Source: Raillietiella orientalis (Eukaryota). From it: a stretch of DNA of 64,000 nt. Numbering within the stretch: position 1 is the first letter of the stretch; each line of letters starts with the position of its first letter. Below are positions 11,800 through 24,699 of this stretch, piece after piece. The notes under the pieces were generated by a model. The model was given only the letters and a program-made list of their open reading frames with translations, made no database searches and had not been told where the DNA came from. The DNA is taken from positions 930,001 to 994,000 of the forward strand of contig JAYWIR010000048.1 of the NCBI GenBank assembly GCA_036172245.1, given 5' to 3'. A program made the translations under genes and the position numbers.

Positions 11800-14400
11800 T
11801 GCTTCACCTAAAGTAGAATTGCAAACACACACGACACCAGACATGAGATTGCACTTGATGAAATGGTGATCAAGGATCTTCGCTCAACACAGCGCTCGCG
11901 CAATGGCTTTTTGTTTCGTTAAGCTGAACTGACGGCGCGCGTAATTTCAGACATGAGTACCACCAGATGCACAAAGCTGTGTTTGAAGCCTTGGTCCACT
12001 CTCGGCTCAGCTCGTATCCGTGGCGGCGCAGGCGGAGCTCCTGTGGTTGCCGAGGTCGCGGAGTCCAGCGCAGTGGGACCACCGCGCGTCTTTTTGCCTT
12101 TCGAAGTGGGGAAACTCGGGTAGCCAAGCGGTTGGTTGCACAAAAGGAATCATTGCTTGAAGAACAATTCGACGTGGATCTTCGAGATGCGTGGAACAAT
12201 CCTGCATCGTTTCTGTGGTCTGCAAGCACGCGTTCACCGATCTTCCCTGCTGCTGAGCGCTTCTTAGGTCTGCTGCGCTCGAAAAACAAACGCCTCGAGA
12301 GATAAGAACGGAGACATAAGAAAGGTTTTGAGAGTCGTGGATGTAGGTGCTGATGCTTGCCATCCTCTGGGGTGCCTTCAAGTCCCCAATGGAACGCATG
12401 AAGTCTCTCGTTCATCCTTGAGTGTACTCCTCCTGTATCCTCGAATGCAATTGCTGACAATTCCAGAAACTCCCAAACAGATACGAGGAAGTTATGGCCT
12501 CTCTTCTGTAGATGCTACTCAGACATCTATCGACCCCACCAGCTTGTCCGAATCTACACATCTGGGAACAAATGACTTGGGTCGTGGATGTTCATCTGAT
12601 ATCCTCAGCAAAGCAAATTTCAGGAAAGAGTGGTTGGCGAAAATGCGCGATAAATTCGGTCACTCGGGACGTCCGATGGTCTTTCTTTGACGTTAACAGG
12701 CAGCTGGGATGGGTCCCGGTGTCATCTGCTTGCTCCTCCAGGTCCGTCAGTTGCTATGCTGCTCACTCCCTGCATCTGAATAGCGTTGACTCGAAGAAAC
12801 TCGCAAACTTGAAAGGTACCGGAGCCTGCACCTAGCAACTTCTGGATGTTCCATCATCCTTCAAGCCTTGAAAGCATCCAAAGCAAGCAACCACAGGTAC
12901 CGTCACGGCTACTTGTGCGCCCCATACCAAAGGCCGGGATGAAGTCTTATCGCATTCGTTTACCCTTGCTCATTACACTATGATGCACTCTGTCGAAAGA
13001 TCAGGGTGGAAGAGGGTCACTGGACTGAACCAAGAGCAAGTGGCAAGCTGGCTTCCAGAATCTCTGATACGGACCCATTTCTTCAGAGCGTCAAACAAAG
13101 CGTCTTCGAAAGTGCTCTACTTGCAGTACACCCAAACCAAAGGTCGTGTGTACACAAATCATTAAACGATTTAGGGGACCCTTGAAATTTTTTGAATAAT
13201 CGCCCTACCATTTCCTTGGTTTTCAGAGATGACTGGAGGCTGGGGATTTGGATGCCTAGCTCTTAAGTTGTTTTTGTCTCCACTTCACCAAGAATGGCAG
13301 CAGAACAAGACCCCTGTCAGAGTGTGATCGTGACTCTTCAGAGACGGCAGTTTCGTATAGTTCTCTTATACTCCACTGCATCTGAAAGCCTCGATTCCTG
13401 GCTTCTCATATCCAGGAAGCTCTGCTGCTGTACTTCCTGCAAGCAGGCACACCCAACAACAGAACGGGTTTTTAAGATGAGAGGAGGATGAGCTCTTTCT
13501 GACGCGAAGAACGCTAATTCCCTAGCTAGTTAGCTTCCGGGATTGAGACGTTTGCCTGCAGTCCTCTAAGTCTGTAGGCGAGGCGACCCAGTTTCCAAGA
13601 TTCCTCTCTCTACTTCGTGCTGGTCCTCTCTGAGCAGCTGAATTCTCTTTCAAAGGAATCCTGCCTTGGATGCCGGCACTTTTAAGTACGTCCTTTATAA
13701 TGAGAGCAACTGGTTGGAAAGCAACTTCGATTCTAAAGCTCATCCTCCCAACTTCCCATTCCCGGCTCTAGCTTAAGAATGAAACTCTTTACCCATCCAC
13801 TGAATCCAAACCATCAAGAAGTTCATTTCCTTTCCCGAAACACGTAGATCAAGAATTTTTCTACCAAGCCTTGGAGCGACATTAGAAGCGGCTGGACGTT
13901 GCCAGGCACAACAAGAGTCCAGACGAATCAAGGCAAAATGGGCGTTTGCAAAAAAAGTGCCCAAGATCACATTTGGAAACTCCACTTTCGACGCGTACAT
14001 AAGAAAGATCACCTCAAGTCCGGGCACAGTTCAACTCAAAAGCATTCCTTTTCATGGATCATGGCAAGGCCACGTCTGGCGTTGGGTAGCGCCGGACTTT
14101 GGGGCATTTTCGATTCAAATGAGGACAGCTTCGGTACGCAGATTGCAGGTTCACCCAAGCGTCTTGGCGTAGTCTTCTGTCTCCGATGGCATCGCCTACC
14201 ACGGACGGCGCTGTGCATAGGGTGTGTAAGATGAGAAGCGTACTCAACAGGTCTTGCAAGAGCAACGCCACAGTCGACTGCGGGCTGTAACCTTGTCGAC
14301 GGCTGGATCTCGTGAAAGCTATTCTTCTTCCCAAACCTGGTGCACTGGCAATGGCTGCGGGTATTCAGAAGGAAGGCGGAGTGGGATGTCAGTGTCGATG
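11800..14400 (-). mobile_element. Degenerate Ty3/Gypsy gag-pol remnant
   Basis: In Gypsy order on minus: CTRFGKKNSFH (knuckle-like), NWVASP (RT start), FDALKK...SPV...FGMGAQV (RNase H DAS.G+GA), ERLHAFHWGLEGT/RMASISTY...CLQT (integrase HHCC). Confidence 0.5.
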
Positions 14401-15499
14401 AATGCCTATTCCTCAGCAATGGCATCAAATTGCAAGCTGTCTGATTGTTGATGAATGCCCATCCGTCAAGATGGGCAGACAGCTCGTAAGGAGATGTGTT
14501 TCTTTAATCCACCGAACAGAATGGCGAAGATCCGAGACTAAACCTAGTGGCTTGCGGCGAAGGGAAGGTGGTCATGCTGGACGTCGCTGAGCTCACCAAG
14601 GTTCGAGGCAAAGGGCGGTGGTAGAGACATGACGAAAGCAAAAGAGCAAGTACCGAGGACTAGACCTCCGCTTCGTCTCCTGAGGAGCATCCGCCATCGT
14701 AGAAGAAATCTTTTTTTTTTCCTGTGGGGACAAGAACAGAACAGGAGACTTAGGAAACGATGGACTTTGAGGACAAGAACAGAACAACAAAGAAATTAGG
14801 AAACCATGGCCTCCTTCCGGGACACATTGAGAATGCCACTATTTTAAGGGTCGCTTTCGAGAGTGCGGTCATCCTCGCAGACACTGACTCCGCAACTTGG
14901 ACTCTCGGAGCTGACCATCTTGTGCTGAAAAATGAAGGGCCTTCTGCCATCTGCAATACCTGTTGCGTGCTCGTTCTACACAACAAGGGCAGGGAAAAGT
15001 CGAAGGCAGAGATACGTCTGCCTTCGAGTTTTCCCTGAAGGTAGCTCACTTCCGATTCCTTTAAAGCAAACGCCACTCAGAGAAAACCAGCAGCTTGAGG
15101 TTCTCATCGCTTTTCATTCCAGTGTGATTCCAAGAGATACAATCCAATGAAAACCAATGGAAAACTGGAGACTGAAGATGAAGATTTCTCTGAGGCAGAG
15201 AGGGCTATCGGGCTTTTCTAAATGATTCCCCACGGCGACAAGGGTCAGCAGGTGATGTCTTCATACTCGACAAATTGAACCGAAGATGGTACGCCTGCAG
15301 TTGTTTACGTACAATCAGCAATGACCACCTCCAGGAAGCCAAGAATGAAAGGTAGAGATTTATGGGAAGAGGTATGGATATACGAGGAGCAGAATCTAGA
15401 ATCACTTTTTTCACAATGTTTCTTCCCGTAACCCTGAGCTTGCAATTAGGAAACCGAAGGACAGTAAAAGCTGACATCCTTCGATTTCCACAAAAAGAC

Positions 15500-16440
15500 A
15501 TGGAACTGCAAGTGTGTTTTACAAGTGTGTTACTACAAAGCACAGAGACCACTGAGTGTCCTTTGAATACAATCACAGAACCAACAAAGAAAGTCCACTG
15601 GGGATAAACACCAGCTCTCAGGCCGGCTTTTAAGGAATTCGAAAGTGGATGGAGAAGACAATAAATAATTTTTTTAAAAAAGGCAGGAGAATGGGGACAG
15701 GAGTCTCTGGTTGCAGCCGTTCCTTTCCTCCTAGAAGCGGATCTGGACACTGGCGTTCTCATTGATGACTTTCTCTGGCGATGGGGCCAATTTGCAGCCG
15801 TCCTCATCAAGGCTGGTGGTCTCCCCTTCGCCGCGAACGAGGATCCAACACGGAGCTCTGGCGCAGACGCAGCAGATCGTTGCTATCGCAGCGCTCGTCG
15901 CCAGCCCGCCTGCCGCGAAAGAGCGCCTCGCAGCAAGTCCGCAGAGGTGTCGTCCGGATGGCGGATCGCCGACTCCAGTTCTCCGCAAGAAGTCCCCGAG
16001 GTCGCTGCCGTCCAACAGGAGGTGCGGGAAGGACTCCATCGCCCCCGCACCTCAAGCAGCTCGGAGGGGGCAACTCCCCCCGAACTCAGGCGGCTGCGCT
16101 GGGTGCACCGGAATCCCCCCAGTGCAGAAACGGAGGTCATCCCGTTTCCATGTCAGTGAGAACACTGGAGTGTTGGTGCACAGAGCAGGGACCACAAGTT
16201 CTTCAGGGGAGGGGGCACACCAAGCAGATCGCCCCACGGAAGGAATCTTTTCGCCGGAAGATCGGACCATCCGCAGGTGCAGTTCCGTCAACTGGCACCC
16301 TGCGCCAAATTGCGGACCCGTCATTCGTGTGCTCCGGCACGCCCCATCCTGCGGCGATGCTCTGGAAGCGCAGGACTTCTTTCGTCGCTACTGCGCTGCC
16401 GACAAAGGATGCCAGGATTCCTCCCTCCCCTGAAAAAGCC
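15500..16440 (-). mobile_element. L1/Tx1-clade LINE 3' fragment
   Basis: PEELVVPALCTNTPVFSLTWKRDD...ESFPHLLLDG...AIATICCV...MRTAANWPH, followed by the family 3' UTR. Confidence 0.85.
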
Positions 16441-16828
16441 ATCTTCCATTGTTGGAGTCCCTGCCTTGGGTCTCCTGCCCCCCTCCCCCAGCCTGGGATA
16501 CCTGGCGGAGAGAGGCATTGGAGTCCGGAGGCAGCGGCTCTGGAAGTGCGCCCACAGGAACTTCGTCCGCTGCGGAAACTTCCATGCAAACCGCTAGGAG
16601 ATATCTTGCCGGACTGGGCGCCGCGGTCGCGGATAGCCGTCTCGCTCCTTACCGCAGCACCGCTTGCCCTCGGGGCAAACGATGGCAGCAGCCGACCGGA
16701 GCAGGGTGGGCGTTTCCCGCACGGCTGCAGGAGTCGGGGAAGTCCTCGACGGCTGCAAGACGAGTACGAGAGCTGGCGGACGGCGCCACTGTTTGCTCCT
16801 GGGAGAAGGGAGTCCTTCGGTGGAGCGA
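15590..16828. repeat. Copy 1 of a 1239-bp near-identical inverted duplication (composite of two opposed LINE fragments)
   Basis: Reverse complement of 38701-39939 (coordinates sum to 55529 at both ends); translations in several frames are identical except for a single substituted site. Confidence 0.97.
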
Positions 16829-16843
16829 AGAGTCCTTTGGCGT
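16440..16843 (+). mobile_element. Internal L1/Tx1 ORF2 fragment in the opposite orientation
   Basis: LESLPWVSC...TWRREAL...RELADGAT...KGVLRWS aligns with AWISCR...AWRQEPL...ELADAAT...KGLLRWS of the 36634-37950 ORF. Confidence 0.75.
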
Positions 16844-16844
16844 T

Positions 16845-17745
16845 GCAACCCGGATACCGGATACGCCGGGATGTTTATTCAAAGTCTCCACAAAGTCATT
16901 ACAAAACGTGGTACAAGGCCCCACTAACAACCATCACAACGCCAGACCTTCCAGGACGCTGGGACGCAGACTAGCATGACTCTACCCGGCAGTGGGAGGG
17001 GACGGGGGAAAAACAAAAAGAAAAATAAAACAATAAGAAAAAAAGATAGAATTTGAAGGGTCGAGAAGGGATCACTGTCCACTGGGAGGAGGGTCCATTC
17101 TTTGCAAGATGCCTTCGAGGTCCTTCTGCATGTGTCCCAGTTGGGGCCATCCAGTTGCTCTCACCAGGAAGCGAACAGCATACGGGATGACGTCTCTCTC
17201 GTTTTGGTCTTCATCCTCGGCTTCACTCCGAGCCGCCACAATCCCATGGATGCAGCAAAGTGCTGCCAGGGCTGGCTGGCTGCAGGGAGTCCGCACGAAG
17301 AGAAGCCGGAAAACGTCTCTGGGAGTGCTGCCAATCGGGATCCCCAGGGAAGTTCCAAGACGTTTCGAAAGGGGCCGAAGGACAGCACAGTCAACTAACA
17401 GGTGGGGGAGAGATTCTTGCTCCCCACACCTGGCACACTCAGGATTCACACTTCTCCTCGTCCAGTGGTGGCGGCGTGCGTTGCAGGGTAGACCCCAATG
17501 CAACAGCATAAGCGCCGACTCCTGTCACTTGAGGGGGAAGGAACCTGGAACCATTCAGTACCGGGGGTCACTTCAGTCTGCCACCTCTCTCATAGTCCAA
17601 CCGCTCATCTTCTCTCTGCCCGCGATCCGACAGGAGACTTGCCGGGGGAATCCTCAATTCTCCAAGAGCCCGGGACAGGGAGACCTCATGTCGTGGGATG
17701 CTCCGGGAGCCCTGGCGGTCACAGTCGACTTGCATAAGGCATTCG
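16845..17745 (-). mobile_element. L1/Tx1-clade LINE 3' fragment with intact C-terminal CCHC finger
   Basis: LLHWGLPCNARRHHW...NPECARCGEQESLPHLLVDC (zf-RVT-type CX2C...HX4C)...LAALCCIHGIVAA...WPQLG...stop; 3' UTR with AATAAA. Confidence 0.9.
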
Positions 17746-17749
17746 ATTT

Positions 17750-19178
17750 TCACCCGAATTTCGCCGGGTCATTTATTTAAAAATAAACTTTACAAGAAGA
17801 TGTCAGTGGCTGTAGCAATGCTCCAGTCACGCACGAAGAAACACGGAGCCTGCCGGGTCACCGGTTCGCAGACCAAAGCGGTCCACCAAGGCAGCAGGCG
17901 GAAGGGGGAAAAACAAAAAACTAAACGAAAAGAAAAAAAAAGAGTGCGAGGGTACGGGAAGGGATCACTGTTGCTGCTGGGGCCGTTGCATCCTTCTCAG
18001 GATGCCGGCAAGCTCTTCTTGCATTCGCGGATCCAGGTATGGGGCCATCGCGACGCCCTCCTCAGGAATTGGGAGGCGCCCTGGATGGCATCCTTATCGC
18101 GTGGTCCTCCCGTAGCTGTGCTCCATGCGGCGACGATCCCACGAAGGCAGCACAAGGCCGCTATCGAGGCTGCTGGCCGAAGGGCTTCGGCAACGAAGAG
18201 GGCTTTCAATGAGTCCCTGGGGTTGCAGCAGGGGACACCGATGGACGCAAAGCGGAACCAAAGGGGCCGAAGGCAACACAATCCACAAGGAGGTGGGGGA
18301 GGGACTCCCGTTCCCCACACCTAACACAGTTGGGATCGACCGCTCCCCAGGTCCAGTGGTGTCGGCGGGCGTTGCAGGGGAGTCCCCAATGCTGCAACAG
18401 TAGAGCCGACTCCTGCCATTTTAAGGGGAAGGTGGAAATGTTCATGAGCACCGGGGGCCACTTCAGATGTTCAATCGGAACATCGAGCAGCGCGCCCCAG
18501 CTCAGAAGTCCATTGGGAGGCGTCCTTGGGGTCGCAGCGTCTGTTAACTGGCCCGTCTTCCACTCTCCCTGCTTCTTCTCCTTTCCTGAGATGGTTGCTT
18601 CAACCTCCCACTTCGCCGCAACATCGCAGTCCTGATCTTCCTCTAGGGAGTCCAGCGCAGCAGCGACGGGGGTGCTTCCTGACCACGCTCGCTTCTTCGG
18701 ATCCTCCAGGATCCCTCTGAGCATGCAACTTCTGTAGCACCCAAACAGGAACTGTCGTTCCTGTTGGGAGCGTTGCATGCCGAACTGTCTCCACGTGCGA
18801 ACGGTTTCCTGCAACCAAGCACTACCGTTCGCGGGCCGACAGCTGATCCATCCTTGATTTTTCCAAACCAAGGCAGCCGCCCTCCTCAGCTGGAGTCCAC
18901 ATCGGTTCATGCGGGAGCGATGGAGTGAAAGAAAGGACGTGAGTCCCATCTTCCCGGTGGCTTTCTTGACGAGGAGACGTGCAGGGACGCACCAGCAGGT
19001 GCACCACAACTCCGGCACAACGGCCAACATCCGGAACTGGAGCTGAAGCTCCAGCCGCTCCGACGTCAGGATGCCTAGACCGCCATCCCGACGCGGAGCG
19101 CACAAGTCTTTCAAGCGGACTCGGGCCCTCCCGTTGCCCCAAAGGGCGATACGGAGGTCCTTCGTCCGCTTTTTGATC
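17750..19178 (-). mobile_element. L1/Tx1-clade LINE, 5'-truncated (post-RT region to 3' end)
   Basis: 302-aa frame KDLCAPRRDGGLGIL...GWISCRP...HWGLPCNARRHHW...PNCVRCGERESLPHLLVDC; terminal hairpin at 17751-17770. Confidence 0.92.
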
Positions 19179-19179
19179 C

Positions 19180-19975
19180 TCCCCGCTGGGGGACTACTCC
19201 CCTGCGGAAGCGTGGTCCGACTGCCTCCAGAAGGCAGAGTCAGTGCTCGGCCCGTTACAAGGAGGCAACTTCCTGTTGCCAGAGCGCGCCGTCATTTGGA
19301 ACACTTTTGAGGCCAGCGTCCTCCGACCTCTGCTTTTTGTTTGCCCCTTTCTCCCCGGGGTGGTGAAAAGGACGAAGGGTCTCCTTCGTAAAGCCCTCTG
19401 GGGCAATGGGAAATCCCGAGTCCGATTAAAAGACTTGTGTGCTCCTCGTCGCAACGGAGAACTTGGACTCCTGACGTTGGAGCGCATGGAAATTCAGTTG
19501 AACTTTCGAAGACTAGTCTTCGTGGCACAGAACTGGGTCACCTATTGGTGCGCTCCTGCACGCTTGCTCTTCCTGCTGGCGGTCGATGGCGAAAGACTCG
19601 CAACCCTATTTGCGTGGCGCCACCCATCTTGCACCTCCTTCCGGTGCATTGCTGCTCTGGATTCGTGGATTCGCTGCCGCCCTGCGAATGCTCCGGCCTG
19701 GAGGCAGGAGAAAGTGAGGACGTGGGCCCAGCTCACCCAGGTTCCGTGGGAAGTCACCCGCTGCCGACAGTTTCAGAACAGCGGAACACTGGAGGCGGTG
19801 GGTAGTGAGCTGACTATGTTGGCCCACCCACCAGCCACCCCCTTCGCTGCAGCGGTGTCCTCCGCTGTCGGGGTACATGGCACCTGCCTACCGGCGAAAT
19901 GGGAGGTTTGCTAAGAGACCTCGGTTCGCAGGAAGCCTATCGGTGTGCCTACTCACCCACCTACGTGAGCAAAGG
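19180..19975 (+). mobile_element. L1/Tx1 ORF2 internal fragment (RT thumb and downstream region)
   Basis: PLGDYSPAEAWSDCLQKA...FLLPERAVIWNTF...ALWGNGKSRVRLKDLCAPRRNGELGLL...PAKWEVC. Confidence 0.9.
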
Positions 19976-20330
19976 TAGAAATGGGTGGCTCGGAACGACC
20001 GAGCGCCCGCGCTCATGAAAAGTAGGTGATGGGGGCATCTCCGCAAGCTGCAATGCGAAGATGAGGCGGCTGGAAGCTGCCGGCTCGAGACGCAGGCACG
20101 CACGATACGCAGAACCCGTTTCCCGGGGCGACGGAACGCGTCTGGGGAGAGATCCCCGCCGTCTCGCTGCAGCTCATCTCGTGCTGGGGGGAAGCGGTGA
20201 GCGCGGCTCGACGAGCGCGAATAGCCCTCAGCTGGGCCACGAGGTGGTCCGATTCCGCCGCTAGCATTAGTACTTCTTTCGGTATACCCTCGCATGTACT
20301 TCTCCTCTTATGACCAAAAGTACTTCCGTG

Positions 20331-20575
20331 CAGGGCCGGTTTTGCCATTAGGCGAATACAGGCATTGCCAGGCTACAAGGGGCGCCGCCAAATTACACGA
20401 TGATGAATTGATAACAATTAATTGCGATAATTTATAAGCATACAATAAATTAAAAATACAGCACGAAAAGCTAACTTTGAATAAACATCGTGGAAACCTT
20501 TTTCGTGTTTTTTTATACATGGGGCGCCGAGTTTTCTTTTGCCTAGGGGCGCCAGACGCCCTCGCGCCGGCCCTG
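20331..20575. mobile_element. hAT-type MITE
   Basis: Perfect 9-bp TIR CAGGGCCGG/CCGGCCCTG; 8-bp TSD CTTCCGTG vs CTCCCATG (6/8); subterminal GGGGCGCC repeats. Confidence 0.8.
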
Positions 20576-20619
20576 CTCCCATGGGGTTTGGCTCGATCCC
20601 GAATTCCGAAATCTCAGAT

Positions 20620-21420
20620 CATGAAGAATGAATGCGTACATTTATTAGATAGAATTATATGCAATTACTATGTATCATGAAGATTATATAAGATAAGTAT
20701 CCATGTTTATTATGTATATTAATATATATATCTATTAATGTATACTATAAAGATTATAAAAAGTCAATATATGTGCTTATCATGTGCATTAAGGTACATG
20801 ATATGGGAAATCATATGTTAAGGAATCTACGTATTTATATAAAAATTAATGTATACATTAATGTATATTATGATTATGAAAATACAAGTGATTGTTTATA
20901 TTAATATGTATTTTTATGTATTGTCCTATCATATATACGAATATATATATTTCTGTATTATTATATATTATTTATGTATTGTAAAATAAATTTGTATATT
21001 TATGCATACATATGTACTATACATTACTATTTATACATTTGTGTATAAATATATATTTGTACACAAATTTGTTTTACCATACATCTTTATTAATACAGCC
21101 ACCTCTTCTCAATATAATTAATACGCATCAACATATATATTAAGGATTAATACATTATATGCATATATATTAAATATATATATGTTCCTTAAAATATGCT
21201 TATTAAAATACATATGCCTATTAAGCATACATGTTTATCAAATACGTGCTCATTGAAAATTCATTGTTATTATTTATTTATTCCTAATAAATATATACGA
21301 TTATATATACGCATATAGTATATAAATACGACTACGTGTGCATACGTGTGCGTGTATATTATAATAATCAATGTAGGCGCTTATGATGCATATTACCGTA
21401 TGTAATTGGCAGATGTATTT
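20620..21420. repeat. AT-rich low-complexity island
   Basis: About 800 bp of TATA/ATAT/ATGT-rich sequence in a GC-rich context. Confidence 0.9.
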
Positions 21421-22149
21421 ATTCACAATGGTGTTCCGAGATTTCGGCTTGTGGCACGTTGATGGGCAGCGCTTTGGTGGACCCCCCGGAACGGCGAGGT
21501 GAGGGGACGTTCGGCGCCGCCGTGCACTCGAGTGCACATCCTGCGGCGTGGCGTGCAGGGCCCCCTCGTGACTGACCAGAATCGAACACTCCTCCCCCAC
21601 GACCGGGAGGAGGAATTTCCTCTCAGGCCGACCTCATCTGAGGGAGCTGCAGCTTCGGGTCAAGAGGAACTCACCACGAGGTCTCGAGGGTGTCTTCTTG
21701 TCAAGAGGACACGGTGCCGTACGCCCGAGGTCACTGCTTGGCTGCGGCTAAGGCGCGACTTTCTCGAAATCGAGAGCTGGGATTTGTGTCCTTCCTCTCC
21801 TCCAGAGAGAAAGGTTACTTCTGGAGACCAAGCGGCGTCTGGTCCCCTCAACGGGGCGGATCTCCCATTCGTGGGGGGTGCGACCTGCATTCATGTCGCT
21901 CATCATCCGGGAATTCCACGGTTTGTCATAGGACGGCTGCGAAACGATGACGGGATGCCACGTTAATCTTCAGCTCTTCTTGGAGCAGCTTCAGAGCTCC
22001 ACTTCCAAACACATGAAATTTGGATTATTCTCCATGGATATTGCTCCTCGAAAAGAGCAGTTTCGAGGCGAAGAGTCATTTAAAGTCATTACAGACTTAT
22101 TTGCCGCAAAAATCCATAGCGTGCTGCTTTGTTTTTTTCCTTTTTTTCT

Positions 22150-23000
22150 TTGCCTTTAACATCGAAAAGACTTAAGACCAGGATGGCAGCAGAGGAAGCT
22201 GAAATGCCGACGGGGCTAACAAGGGATCCGTCTGACATCGTAGATGCTGATTTCTGGCCAGAATGGGGTTTTCCTTGATTTTATATTCTTTGGTCCTTCT
22301 TGGAATAACGAGGAGGCTTCCCTGGTAACTTCTCGTGAGATGCTCTGATGTTTGTGAGCTAAGGTGAATTCTGATAAGACACGCACAGGACAAGAAGTAA
22401 ATTCCAGAAGGAAGGGGACCGTTTCTAAATTCCAGTTCCGCGAGGAAACCAGATCCGGGAGGAGCTCCACACCCCACCACATGCTGCCTCAAGAAGGCGC
22501 CCAAGAGAAATGGAATGCACGGAGAGTCCATTCTGGGCAGGGGTCCCGAGATGCTGCGTGCAGCCGAATCTCCGCCTCTACGCCGAACTTTGCTGCTCCC
22601 ATCGAGAACAGCCTCTGATCAGAAACGCAGGCGTTCTTCTTCTCCCGTTGAGGAGGTGCGTGGAATCGCATCGATTTGCCGATCTTCAGAAGACTTTCAG
22701 AGTTCGGCTGTGGACTCTTCCAGCAGTGCCCTCCTACAGAGGATGTCCTCGTTCTAATGGCAGGAACATCCACTGCTGAGAGCAGTGGCTTGATTTTGGA
22801 ATGCAGTCCATTGGAAGGGCGAGGAATTCGAGCCTGCTGACGTTTCCTGCAGTTTTTGCGTCCATTCTACGGAGACTGCATCTCGGGTCTCAATGAGCAG
22901 CTCGGCTATTGCTGCTCCTTGAGGATACCACCTCTTCGGAAATGTGCATTTTCTCATCTTGCCGTCAGCCTTTTTCGGCCCCATCCCGAGTCGAACTGCA
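22150..23000 (-). mobile_element. Degenerate Ty3/Gypsy RT-RNase H remnant
   Basis: PKKADGKMRKC...WYPQGAAIAELL (KKDG..R.C / YP.P.I.ELL), WTAF, QWMFLP, LGAFLRQ, QTDPLL in canonical order. Confidence 0.55.
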
Positions 23001-24699
23001 CGCTAGCTCGCTCAGTCGCTCCTCGCGTTTCGGGACATCAGCACTTATTAATGATTTGGCTGCAGATCAGATGTGATTGGGATGAAGGAAAAACCGGGAA
23101 CCCTCGGTTTCGCATCTGGCCTGATGCCACACCGGGTCGGAAGTTCTTTTCGGCTGGGAACGCGCGTCTTTCGGGCTCGTTCGCTTTGAGGAGCCTAAGA
23201 AGATGATGTTCCTCACCAAACGGAACTGAAGTCCCAAGATGCCATCTCTGCGTTCCCAGAGCGATCCCATTTTCCGGAACAGTGGGCCACTGCATCGCTT
23301 TCGACCCGAATTCCTCCTTAGCAGAAAATGCGCCTTCCCGTTGCTTGGCAGTTCGTCTCCTCTTGGCGTGGCGTGGGGGTGTGGGAGCAGCTCCTCGATG
23401 ACCAGCGCACCTCGAGGGCAAAACGATGGATTTTCTTCTTGTGCTTCCTGGCCATTCTTCAGCGCTGCATGCTATGGCGTGGGCGGTCGCAACTTGCAAA
23501 GCTTCACAGAGCTGCTTTCTTCAAGAGTCAAGCGGCGAAATCATAACCCGCCTTCTGGCTGCGTGAGTGTTCCAGCAACCGGCTGCACCGATGCAGAACT
23601 CCTTCCTTGCGGGAGTTCGCTTTTCCAGCCCCCTCCCTGAGACTTCCTCCCTTGAAAAATTCCCTACTCCATCGTTAGGGCTATGGTAGTCCCGAAAAAA
23701 CAGAAAGCAGCATTCGTTACGGGGGTCGTAGCGTGCGGCTTTCCTTTGTGCTTCCTCAGTGTGGCTATCAAGAAAGATAATCAGTCGGGACCTTAGCTTC
23801 AAATTTCTTGATTTTAAAAGTGAATTGGAAGACGTGTTGTTCTGCAGCATCAGTTTATTATTCCTATAATGGGATGTGTTTCGCCAAAAGAGAGGAACTT
23901 TGGTTCTCGCTGATGGTCCGTTCTGCTACTTTCGGGTCCCTCCGTGAGTGCGTCGACCGGATGGCAGAAGAGGAGGAAACTGGGACGAATCCGACCGAAG
24001 GATTTTGATGTATTCCTTTAACCATCACTCACGGACCGCCACGTAGTTTGTGGATGCTGGAGGATGTGCAGAGCAAACCCAAGCTACTTGACGTTGTAAT
24101 CCTGGGAAGCGGATGTGCGCTTTTCCAAGAACACTCATGGCTTCGACAAGATGGCAGCCGCTGTTAAGATTGTCGCAAATTTATTGAATGAATTCCACAT
24201 CTCCGGGTTCCCGCGAATAATCCGTTGCTAAGAATGGGTAGTCGAGGGAGGGATTACCCCTATGCGACCACAGCTGTCCTCACTGTTTGTGCTGCCCACC
24301 TCCATCTACTCCACTCACTCTATCCGCTCCACTCACTCCATCTACTTACGGTTTCCGCTTAGGTGATTTTTGGAACTTTCTGTTCAATTTTTCCGGTATC
24401 GAACTCGGGCTTCGGCTTGGCTAACCTCCACGCACCCACACGCTCCTGCGCCATGTTTGCGGAATCCCGCGCCACGGAAATTGAACATTTGATTTTGGGT
24501 CCGATGTTCCATCCGACTTCCCTTCATGGACCACCAGTCTTATGTGTTTTCTATCGTAACGGGTAGTGGTGTGCTTGGCGCCTGCCCATTTGCGCGCTCG
24601 AACTCGTGCTGATTAGACAGGAATTAAATTTAAATCCCACGACATATTCCACTGATCTATAATCAAGCAGTTGTCATTCAACTGAAAGTTGCTTTCGTC

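Noticed and set aside
14727..14920. Two ~44-bp tandem units and an LADTDSA protease-like motif
   Set aside because: Minor local duplication; a single weak motif is not enough to call an element.
15781..16974. 397-aa ORF and its 400-aa twin at 38546-39748
   Set aside because: Mostly antisense or off-frame reading of GC-rich LINE fragments; its conservation is due to the DNA duplication.
24140..24470. YY1-like AAGATGGC motifs suggesting a promoter
   Set aside because: Short motifs with no associated gene or start-site evidence.
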